Of a DNA stretch of 64,000 nucleotides, positions 44,325 to 54,078 are shown one piece after another (the stretch's first letter is position 1; each line of letters starts with the position of its first letter). Below the pieces are notes generated by a model that did not search any database, was not told the origin of the DNA, and saw only the letters and a program-made list of their open reading frames with translations. Both the position numbers and the translations under genes were made by a program. The stretch comes from Nitrospirota bacterium (GTDB lineage Bacteria > Nitrospirota > JACRHJ01), in assembly GCA_963733375.1 (NCBI GenBank), contig CAVTDB010000008.1, forward strand, positions 1 to 64,000, in the 5' to 3' direction.

Positions 44325-44450
44325 GTCGCTACCTTTTTAGTAAAAAGGTAGCACCAAAAACTTTTAAACTGTCCCGCTTTCTTTTGGTTCTTTTCTTTCT
44401 CGAGAGATTTAGCTGTCCAGAGCGATAGCGAAGACGAAAGAAAAGAACGG
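44325..44450. repeat. family A paired element with nested family C unit
   Basis: GCTACCTTTTT..AAAAAGGTAGC; GTTCTTTTCTTTC[...CTGTCCAGAGCGATAGCGAAGAC]GAAAGAAAAGAAC. Confidence 0.85.
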
Positions 44451-44466
44451 TTTTGAGGTTTATACG

Positions 44467-45946
44467 ATGAGAGTTTTATTAGTCGATCCGCCGCATGAGA
44501 TATTCAAGTTCTTCAGGGGCAGGATGCCCTCTCCGTCCCTGACCGCGCTTTCCGCGTATATAGAAAAAGATTTCGAGGTGCGCGTCATCGACTGCACCGT
44601 GCAGGAGCGGCCCTGGGCCGCCCTGGAAGAGGCGGTGCGCGACTTCAAGCCCGCCGTCGTCGGCATTACGGCCATCTCCACTTCTTATATCTACGACGCC
44701 ATGAACGCCGCTTACCTGGTGAAGCTCATCGACCCGTCCGTCATTACAATCGGCGGCGGAGTCCATATGAGCCTTATGCCGGAGGAGACTCTTCAGAAAT
44801 GCCCGAGCATGGACTATATCGTGATTGGCGAGGGAGAGCTTACGTTAATGGAGTTCCTGAAGGCGGCCCAGTCCGGCGAAAAGGATTTCGGCAATATCCC
44901 CGGACTGGCCTTCAGGAAGGACGGCGGCATCCACATCGGAGAGCGGCGCGAGCTTATACCGGACCTGGATACGCTTCCGCTCCCGGCGTATCACCACTTC
45001 CCGATGAACAAATACCTGATGCCGTCGCTCGGCATGGCGACGCATAATTCGATAGTCCTGACCACCGCGCGCGGATGCGAAGGGGTGTGCACGTACTGCA
45101 CGGAGGCGAAACTCTGGCGTAGCACCTGGAGGCCGAAGTCAGCAAAGCGTGTCGTGGAAGAGATGGAGCTGCTTTACAGAAACCACAACAAGTTCAGCTT
45201 CATGTTCGGCGACGATTCCTTCAACTGGAAGCGCGAAAGGGTGGAGGATTTTATCAGGGAACTGGAGAAGAAAAAGCACCCGTGGCATTTCTGGTTCCAG
45301 TCGCGCGCGGAGCATATCGTCCGGGACGCGGACCTGCTGCCGAGGCTTAAGAAGCTTGGGCTGTATATGATATCCATGGGAGTTGAGACCCCGTCCGAGA
45401 ATGCGCTTAAGAACTACCGCAAGAAGCAGACGGCCGACGTCTCCATCCAGGCGATGAAGCTCATCAAGAAGAACGGGCTGCTGCTCATCACGAACATCAT
45501 GTTCGGAGACATCGACGATACGGAAGAAACGCTCCAGCAGACGATAGATTTCGCGAAGCCGTATTCCGACCACTTCGCCATCTGCCTGACGACGCCGCTG
45601 CCCGGTACGGAGTACTGGAAGACGCGCGAAGGAGCAGGGGAGAATAAAGGTCTGGGACTACTCCAAGTATGATATGCTGAACCCGGTGATGGACACGCGC
45701 ACGCTGTCGATTGAGAAAATCGCGGAGATACATCCGAAGTCGATACAGAAGTTCTACTCGCGCTTCCGCGTCTTCTGGGACGCATATTTTTCGCCGAACC
45801 CGTACCTCCGGAAGAACAACAGGTTCTTCGCAAAGATAGCCTGGGAGACGATAACGCACACGCCCTGGGTGCAGAAGAATTACGTGCCGTTCGAGAAGTA
45901 CATGGAAGAGAAGACGGGGAAGGAATTCGAGAGGGTGCATATATGA
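44467..45946 (+). CDS. B12-binding radical SAM enzyme (frameshift ~45625), paralog of preceding gene
   Basis: GGVH..GEGE; ARGCEGVCTYC; TPLPGT. Confidence 0.92.
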
Positions 45947-47294
45947 AGATATTGATTATCTCCCCGGAAGGCCGGCACACGGCGGTCGGGAAAAAATTCA
46001 AGTTTCCGTTTCCGACGGCTGGCGCGCCGATGGTGGCCGCGCTGACGCCCGAGGACTGCGAAGTAAAGATAATCGACGAGATTGTCGAGGACATAAACTT
46101 CGACGAGCCTGCCGACATGGTCGCCATCTCGTCCATGACGCCGATGGCCTCGCGCGCGTACGAGATTTCGGAGGAGTTCAGGAAGCGCGGAGTGGCGACG
46201 GTAATAGGCGGGATACATCCGACGGCGTGTCCGGAAGAGGCGGGAGAGCACGCGGACTCCGTGATAATAGGCGAGGCGGAAGACCTCTGGCCGAAGGCGG
46301 TGGAGGATTTCAGAAACGGCAGGCTCCAGAAATTTTACAAGAAGGATTACCTGCACTCGCTGACGGGACTGCCGAGGCCGCGCTGGGAACTGCTTCGGAA
46401 CGATAAATATTTTCCGATCACGATAGTCGAGACCTCGCGCGGGTGCCCGCACAACTGCGATTTCTGCGCCGTCACGAACTTCTACGGCGGCAAATACCGC
46501 GTGCGCCCGGTGGCGGAAGTGGAGAAGGAAATCCAGTACCTCTACGACAGGCCCGCGCTCACCGGACTGAAGCGGATGTCCACGCCGTACCCGAAGGGGA
46601 TGATATTTTTCGCGGACTCCAACATCACGGCGAACAGGAAATACGCGAAAGAGCTTTTCACGATGCTCGCGAAATACAAAATCCCCTGGCAGAGCTACTC
46701 GACGATTTCCGTCGCGGACGACCCGGAACTTTTGAAGCTCGCGCAGGCATCCAACTGCGTGGGGCTTGCCATCGGATTTCGAGTCGCTCTCCGGCGAAAA
46801 CTTGAAGAAGATAGGCAAGGGATTCAATAAGCCGGAGAAGTACGCCGAGTCGATTACTCAAATTGAAAGACCACGGCATCGGAACGGTGGCGAGCTTCAT
46901 ATTCGGGCTGGACTGGGACGACGTGGGCGTGTTCGAGAGGACGAAGAAATTTATCGACGACAATAAAATCGATTCGTCGTTCTTCCTGATTTCCACCCCT
47001 CTTCCAGGCACGGGATACCGGCAGAGGCTGCTTGACGAAGGCCGGATATTCGACCACAACTGGGACCGCTACGACTGTACGCATGTGGTCTTTCAGCCGA
47101 AGCTGATGACTCCGGAGCAACTGTCCGAGGGCGTATATTGGCTGTGGCGCGAGACGCTGTCGCATAAATCGATCTGGAAGAGGCTTTACGGCGGGCCGCA
47201 GTTCATGTTCTACCTGGGGATGAACTACGCGATGAAGATGCTTGACAAAAAGATTCACCCGGCACGCTCGGAAAATCCGGCGCTCATTAAATAG
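45943..47294 (+). CDS. B12-binding radical SAM enzyme (frameshifted)
   Basis: GGIHPT..GEAE; SRGCPHNCDFC; FIFGLD; TPLPGT. Confidence 0.92.
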
Positions 47295-47307
47295 CGGTTT
47301 CCTTTAA

Positions 47308-47353
47308 TCCCGGTTTTCTTTGGCCGCTTTCTTTTCCCCAAAAGAAAGTGGGA
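47308..47353. repeat. family A palindromic element
   Basis: TTTTCTTTGG-CCGCTTTCTTTT-cccc-AAAAGAAAGTGG. Confidence 0.75.
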
Positions 47354-47359
47354 CTTTAA

Positions 47360-48722
47360 ATGAAAATTTCCATAATATTCCCAAAAAAAGACGGCGACCC
47401 CGGCGCGATGGGCATGACTATGCCTTACGTCCTGCCGCACCTTGGCCGCGCTGTCCCAGCCCCGGCACGAGATAGAACTCGTGAACCTCTTCAAGCAGAA
47501 AGAGGATTACGGCGGAAGGCTCCCGGACCTGGTCGGGATAAGCGTCATGACGCCGATGGCCCAGGAGGCGTACCGGGTCGCCGGCGAGTACAGGAAGCGC
47601 GGGGTGAAGGTGGTCCTTGGCGGTCATCACGTCAGCGCGATGCCGTTCGACGCGAAAGAGCATGCCGATGCGGTGGCGGTGGGCGAGGCGGAGGAGACCT
47701 GGAAAATTATTCTGGACGATGCGGAAAATAATGCGCTGAAAGATTTTTATATAGGCGGGCCGCTTTACGATGAAGGTTATTTCAAAGGCTATAACATCCA
47801 TCATTCGCCGGAGCGGCCCAGCCTCGTTGGACTCCCCCAGCCCAGGCGGGAGCTGCTGAAGAACAGATACTTCTTCGACTGCATAATCACCACGCGCGGC
47901 TGTCCGTACAGGTGCAAGTTCTGCGGCACGTCCAGGTTTTACGGCGGCGTCGTGCGGCACAGGCCGGTAGAGGAAGTGATAAACGAGATCCGCCGGATGG
48001 GCAGGTTCTTTTTGATGGCGGACGACGACATATTCGGCGACATTCCATACCGCCTGAATCTGTATTCGAAGATGAACGGGCTTAAGAGATTCATGCGGTG
48101 GCATGGCGCCGGAGCGGTCTCCGCGGTACTTGAGCGGGACGGCGAAGAGATGGTTAAGCTCGCCGCCAAAAGCGGGCTGGAGACGGTATTTACCGGGCTG
48201 GAATCGGCGGAAGGCGATACGTTGGACGCGCTCGGAATAAACGCGAAGCTCAGGCGGCCGGAAGGCGGGAACCTTGAAAAAATCGCCCTGGCGGTAAAGA
48301 AGGTGCAATCGCTTGGCGTAATGGTCTTCGGGTTTTTTGTCCTGGGTTTCGACACGGACGACAGCCAGAGTTTCGACAGGACGCTGGAGTTCTGCGACAG
48401 GCTGAACGTGCCGCCCATACCGTTTTTGCTCATGCCGCTCCCGGGTACGCCGCTCTGGGACGAGATGAGCGGCAGGCTTATCCCCGGACAAGGCTGGGGG
48501 AAATGGGACGGAGTGCATGCGCTATGCGACCACCCCTCACTTTCGCCGCGCCAACGGGAGGCGCTGCTTTACAAGCTCAGGAAGAGCGCTTATACGTACG
48601 GGAGGATTTTGCGCAGGGTAAAAGGTTTTTCACCTGCCGCCGCCATGAACGGCTTTATGATGCAGGCTGGAATCAGGCGGAGCTTCGAAAGCGACTGGAA
48701 GAGGACTAATGGCGGAATATGA
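47360..48722 (+). CDS. B12-binding radical SAM enzyme (frameshift near 5' end)
   Basis: GGHH..GEAE; TRGCPYRCKFC; FVLGFD; PLPGT. Confidence 0.9.
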
Positions 48723-50214
48723 CGCTGTAATAATAGGCGCGGGAGTTGCCGGCCTCGTGGCCGGGAATTACCTGCTGGATTCCGGGAAGACGGTTTTAAT
48801 CGTCGAGCAGATAAAGTATCCCGGCGGGTGCGCGTGCACGTTCGGGAAGCAGGGGTATAAATTCGACGGCGCCGTACACTGGATAAGCCAGGCGGGCGAA
48901 GGCGGGATAGTAAAATCAATTTTGAAGGAGTTCGGGCTGGACGGGGAAGTGCGGTTCGAGCGGCTTCCGGCGCCGCCGCGGGTATGGTTCCATGACAGAA
49001 AAATCGAGCCTTCCTTCGGCAGGGAAAATATAATCAAATCTTTTTCCGGGGCCTTCCCGGACGAATCAAATAAATTGGATGCATTCTGGAACGAGACGGA
49101 AGAGACCCTTAAACAGCTCTGGCGGCTTGTAAAACGGCAGCCGTCGAAGATGGCGTCATTTGAGAAGCTGCTGTTCAACCTTTCGTTCCCGTTCAAGTTT
49201 AAAAAAATCGCAAAATATCACAAGAAAAAAGCGTCCGACGTTATCGCGGAATATTTCAGGGACGACCGGCTTAGGCTTGCGCTGGAGACGATGGGAATTT
49301 TTCCGGACATATCGTTCGTGCACTATGCGTGGTTTAATTCCGTCGCCCTGGAAGGGGACGCCTATTATCCGGCCGGAGGCATCCGCGCGGTCCCTGACGC
49401 GCTGGCTAACCGTTTCGTCTCCAGGGGCGGAGAGATAAGGTATCGGTGCAAGGCGGAGAAGATTATTTTCACCGATAAAAAAATTTCGGGCGTTATAGCG
49501 AACGGCGAAGAGATATCCGCGAAGGTAGTGGTTTCCGCGTCCGACGCGACGAAGACATTTTTGAGCCTTATCGGCGAAGAAAAACTCCCGGCGGAATTTG
49601 TATCCGGCCTGAAAGAGTGGAAGGTGTCGGAGCCGTTCTTTTATGTGTACCTGGGAGTGAATTCCGATTTGCGCGAAAGAGGCTTCGACGGCTCGCCGAT
49701 ATGGTATATACCGAAAAACATCGACAGGAAATCCCTGCCGATGCTGGGAGGAAAAGCGCTCGGCATTGGGATGCCGTCCCTTCTGGACCGCTCTCTTGCG
49801 CCGGAAGGAAAGAGCGTGGTAATCATCGGCATGGCCGCGTCATGCGCTTTCATGGACGCCTGCCCGGTCCGGGCCGAGGCCGGGGCGAACTACAGGGAGA
49901 ACGAGCATTACAAGGCTGTTAAGGAAAAAGTGGGCGAGTATCTGATAGACCTCGCGGAGGAGGCGATACCCGGCCTTCGGGAAAAGATAGAACTGAAAAT
50001 ATTCGCCACCCCTCACACGTTCGAGCGTTATACCGGGAACCTGCACGGGGCGTCGTCCGGATGGTCTATGGCGGCGGACAAGCAGCATAAGCTGTCCGTG
50101 AAAACGCCCATACCGGGCTTATATCTCGCGGGGCATTGGACGATGAACCCGGGCGGAGTGCCTGCCGCATTCGTGAGCGGGAAACTGGCGGCGGAAGAAA
50201 TTCTGAAACGCTAA
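48709..50214 (+). CDS. phytoene-desaturase-family FAD oxidoreductase
   Basis: IIGAGVAGL, PGGCACTF..GYKFD, TPHTFERYTGN, LYLAGHWT.PGGV. Confidence 0.9.
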   Translation: MAEYDAVIIGAGVAGLVAGNYLLDSGKTVLIVEQIKYPGGCACTFGKQGYKFDGAVHWISQAGEGGIVKSILKEFGLDGEVRFERLPAPPRVWFHDRKIEPSFGRENIIKSFSGAFPDESNKLDAFWNETEETLKQLWRLVKRQPSKMASFEKLLFNLSFPFKFKKIAKYHKKKASDVIAEYFRDDRLRLALETMGIFPDISFVHYAWFNSVALEGDAYYPAGGIRAVPDALANRFVSRGGEIRYRCKAEKIIFTDKKISGVIANGEEISAKVVVSASDATKTFLSLIGEEKLPAEFVSGLKEWKVSEPFFYVYLGVNSDLRERGFDGSPIWYIPKNIDRKSLPMLGGKALGIGMPSLLDRSLAPEGKSVVIIGMAASCAFMDACPVRAEAGANYRENEHYKAVKEKVGEYLIDLAEEAIPGLREKIELKIFATPHTFERYTGNLHGASSGWSMAADKQHKLSVKTPIPGLYLAGHWTMNPGGVPAAFVSGKLAAEEILKR

Positions 50215-50939
50215 ATTATCCGGCTGTCCAGATTGAACGTCTGGCCGCTGACGGAGCTTATGCCCGTCAAATGAAGTATGAAGGAAGCGACCTCGGCGGG
50301 ATTTGAATAGACCTTCAGCAGGCCCTCCGAGAGGGCGTTCGATTTTGCCCGTTCCGATGCGGAATCTCCCATCTCCGTAAGCATATATCCCGGCAGGACG
50401 CAGTTTGACTGTATGCCGTGCGGCGCGAGTTCCATGGCCGCGGCCTTCGTAAGTCCAATCAAAGCGGCCTTGGAAGCCGCATAGGCCGCATGTCCCGCTT
50501 TCCCTTTGACCCCTGTAATCGAGGCGACGTTAATTATATGGCCGGAGGTCTGGCTTATCATAACACGTGAAGCGGCCTTTATCATATTGAACGGCCCCTT
50601 CAGGTTTATCCGCAGAGTTTCGTCGAGCGTTTCGTCCGTCAGGCGCAGGAGCAGGGCTTCATGTGAAACGCCCGCATTGTTTATCAGCGCGTCCAGCCGC
50701 CCCCAGCGGGCCTCCGCCGCATTTACCAGCTTCCCGGCCTCATCAGCAAAGCCTACGTCCGCCTGAAAAACCAGCGCATCGCCGCCCGATGATATTATCT
50801 CTTTCGCAACCGCCTCGGCCTTTGCCTGTGAACTTGAATAATTGACTGCCACGCCCCAGCCCGCGCGTCCAAAAGCGAGGGCAACCTCGCGCCCCAACCC
50901 TCTCGACGCGCCGGTCACTATGACGGCTTTTCGCATCAC
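50211..50939 (-). CDS. fabG: 3-oxoacyl-ACP reductase-like SDR
   Basis: TGASRGLG, NNAG, YAASK. Confidence 0.8.
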   Translation of the reverse strand: MMRKAVIVTGASRGLGREVALAFGRAGWGVAVNYSSSQAKAEAVAKEIISSGGDALVFQADVGFADEAGKLVNAAEARWGRLDALINNAGVSHEALLLRLTDETLDETLRINLKGPFNMIKAASRVMISQTSGHIINVASITGVKGKAGHAAYAASKAALIGLTKAAAMELAPHGIQSNCVLPGYMLTEMGDSASERAKSNALSEGLLKVYSNPAEVASFILHLTGISSVSGQTFNLDSRII

Positions 50940-52057
50940 AGCTTCTCCACAGCACCCAGGAGCGCCTCGATTTCCGAAGGCTCATGCGCAGCCGAAACAG
51001 TGAAGCGGATGCGGCACTGCCCTTCCGGGACCGTCGGCGGCCTGATTGCGGGGGCATAAAAACCCGCGTCCAGGAGCGCGCCCGATAATTTCACCGCCTC
51101 GTCCGCCCCGCCGACGATTACAGGGATTATTGGGGTCCCGCCGCCGGTTACTTTAAAGCCCGATTTTTTTAATCCGTCCCGCAGTAGACGTGCGTTATCA
51201 TGCAGACGCGAGAGCCTCTCCGGGCTCATCTTGCAAAACTCTTAAAGCCGCCGAAGACGCGGCGCATGCGGGAGAGGGGAGGGCGGTGGAAAAAATAAAA
51301 GAGCGGGCGTTATTTATCAGCAGGTCGATTATCTCGGCGTTTGCCTGCGGCAAATGCGCCGTAAGAGCCGAGCGCCTTTCCGAGCGTGCCCATCTGGATA
51401 ACGTCAGGCCCGGCGGACAATCTGAAATGTTCAAATATACCGCGTCCGGTACTTCCTAAAACTCCGGTGGAATGGGCCTCGTCAACCATCAAAAGGGCGT
51501 TATATTCTTCTGCATAGCCGGACAATCTCCGGCAGGGGGGCGATATCCCCGTCCATGCTGAAGACGCCCTCGGTGACGATGAGCCGTTTTTTATAACCTG
51601 ATTTTAAAGAGAGCAGTTTTTTCAGGCCGGCGTGGTCGTTGTGGCCGTAGATATTGACTTCCGCTCCCGATAGCCTGCACCCGTCGATGATGCTTGCGTG
51701 GTTTAAACGGTCGCTGAAAATTATGTCGCCTTCTCTCGCCAGCGCGGGGATTATCCCGGTGTTGGCCAGATAGCCGGAGCCGAAAAGCAGCGACGACCCG
51801 GTTGATTTAAAATCGGCAATCTCTTTGCGCAGGTTTTCGTGGTATCTGGTATGGCCGGAAATGAGAGGCGCGGACCCCGCCCCGAAACCATAATTTTCCG
51901 AGGCCTCTTTCGCGGCGGAGATTACTTCCGGATGCATCGCCAGGCCGAGGTAGTCGTTCGAGCAGAACAACGTGACTTCCCGGCCGTCGATTACGGCGCG
52001 GGTAGGGGAAAGTCTTTTGAAGGTCTTCAAGTAACGCGGGTACTTAAAATTTTGCAA
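50936..52057 (-). CDS. bioF: 8-amino-7-oxononanoate synthase (frameshifted)
   Basis: [41 protein letters not shown]. Confidence 0.93.
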
Positions 52058-52058
52058 T

Positions 52059-52945
52059 TTAATTCGCTCCGCGAAAATGCAGAATTTCCACCGCCCCACT
52101 GACCAGCACCGGCGTCTCCCGCATGTAATCGAGATATTTCTTCATATCGAATTTATCCGCATCCACAAAAAACGCCCGTCCGCCGAATATGCCGCCCGGC
52201 TCTTTTATAGAGGTTATCCTGCAATATCCGCGGGCCAGGGATGCGGCATAACCGGTGGTATAGCGCGGGTCGTCGGAGATGCATAATTCGGCTACCGCGC
52301 CCGGCGCATTCGCTACCTTAGTCGCAAGCGCGAGGGCTTCCCGGAAATGGGATGTAACGCAGTTTAATTCCTTTTCAGCCCGCAAAACTTGAGGAAGCGC
52401 ATTTTGACCCCAGTCCACCGCCCGCGCCCGGATTCCGCGCACACGGTCCGGCTCCAGCCTCTCTCCCGTCCTGGCGTCAATCAGCATCGCCCCGCGCATG
52501 TTCTCTCCGGCAGGCGAAGCGCCGGAGGAAATCTGGTCCAGCGCGCCTCTCGCCGCAATCTCGGAGACGCCCGCCTTCACGAGTTCAAAGACGGCAATAT
52601 CATGGGAAATATTTACGGCTGAATCCACTTGACCTATGGCAGCCGTTCGGGTGACAGCCGTTTGCGGGCCGACGGAGGGCGTTCGGTGGGGATTGTTTAT
52701 TACCGGGAGCGGCTTAAACTTAAAAATCTCTTTCCCCGCCAGGGACGTAACCGTAACCGCTATCTCTTCCGGCGGGCCGTTCTCGTGCGCCATCGCACGC
52801 TTGATAAGCGCCGACGTTACCGCCTCGACTTCATCAGCCGGGGCGATCCTCTCCGCGCCCGATATGTGCCTGCCGCCCCGGGCCGCGCGCATCCTGACGG
52901 AGAGATTTACCTGTCCAGAGCGACAGCGAAAGACAGTTCAGCCAT
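52059..52945 (-). CDS. bioW: 6-carboxyhexanoate--CoA ligase (pimeloyl-CoA synthetase)
   Basis: [40 protein letters not shown]. Confidence 0.9.
52900..52934. repeat. family C repeat unit at 5' end of bioW
   Basis: GAGAGATTTACCTGTCCAGAGCGACAGCGAAAGAC, near-identical to 44402-44435. Confidence 0.85.
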
Positions 52946-53856
52946 GAAGCCGCATCCCCAGGTCTTCTATCATGCGGAGGTCGTCCGCGAAATCCCTGCC
53001 GTTCGTCGTGAGATAATCGCCCATCAAAAGGCCGTTTGCGCCAGCCATGAAAATCATCGGGTGCAACTCGCGCAGCGAGGTCAGCCTTCCGCCGCATACC
53101 CGTATTTCCTTTTCCGGCAGGATGTGCCGGAGCAGGGCGATAGATTTAAGCGCCTCGAAAGGCGTCATGAAATCCGCATTTTCTAAAGGCGTGCCCGGTA
53201 TAGGCATAAGGAAATTGACCGGGACCGAATCTATGCCGAGACGGGCCAGCTGCAGAGGCCATTTCAGCCCGGTCGTTTAAATCCTCGCCCAGGCCAAAAA
53301 TCCCGCCGCTGCAAGTGGACAGCCCCGCATCCTTCGCGGCCAGAAGGGTCTCGACCCGCTCGTCGAACGTATGGGTCGAGCATATCCTTGGGAAAAAATT
53401 TTTCGAGGTTTCCAGGTTGTGGTGATAGCGGTTTAAGCCGGCCTCTTTTAATGTACGGAGCTGGGGAGCCGACAAAGTCCCAAGCGTGGCGCAAGGAAGA
53501 AAGCCCGTTTCCCGGACTCTTTCGACCATACGGGCTATGCTGGAGAGCTCTTTGTCCGAGTTTATCCCCCGGCCGGATGTCACGATGCAGAAACGCCTTA
53601 CGCCTTTTTCAAAGGCCCGGTTCGCCGCCTCCGTGACGGCATCCGCCGGAAGCAGGGGATATGTGTTGACCTGGGTCCCATGATGGGCGGACTGGGCGCA
53701 AAAGGCGCAGTCTTCCGGGCAGTTACCGGAACGGGCGTTGATTATGGAGCATGCGTCGACCAGGCCGCCGAAATTTTTTTCCCGGATGCGCCCGGCCTCC
53801 CGTATAAATTCCCAGGGCTTCTCTTCCAACTCCTTTAAATGATTCTTAATTTGCAT
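52938..53856 (-). CDS. bioB: biotin synthase (frameshift ~53250)
   Basis: NARSGNCPEDCAFCAQS, YHHNLETS, CSGGIFGLGE, RVCGGR, GDYLTT. Confidence 0.95.
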
Positions 53857-53932
53857 TTTTTTTAAATGAGCGTTATCCTATAGTATGAGTTACAATATAA
53901 ACAGAGGATAAGGTTAGACGGGGCGGAGTTTA

Positions 53933-53964
53933 TTGTCAACATGAAAATAGACGTAGGTTTACAA
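53933..53964. promoter_or_regulatory. BirA operator
   Basis: TTGTCAAC-N16-GTTTACAA upstream of bioB. Confidence 0.85.
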
Positions 53965-54078
53965 AGTCGGGTATGGTAATCAGGGTCGCGGAGGCCTGAT
54001 TCGGCTCAAAGACCTTGACATCCGTATCCAAAGAAATTAATATAAAATGTAGGCTGATAGAATAATTTGGGAGTCAAG

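Noticed and set aside
40839-50214. Photosynthesis or carotenoid genes (crtI, bchE)
   Set aside because: No crtB/crtE or bch genes; context is ketosynthase/thioesterase, so family-level similarity only
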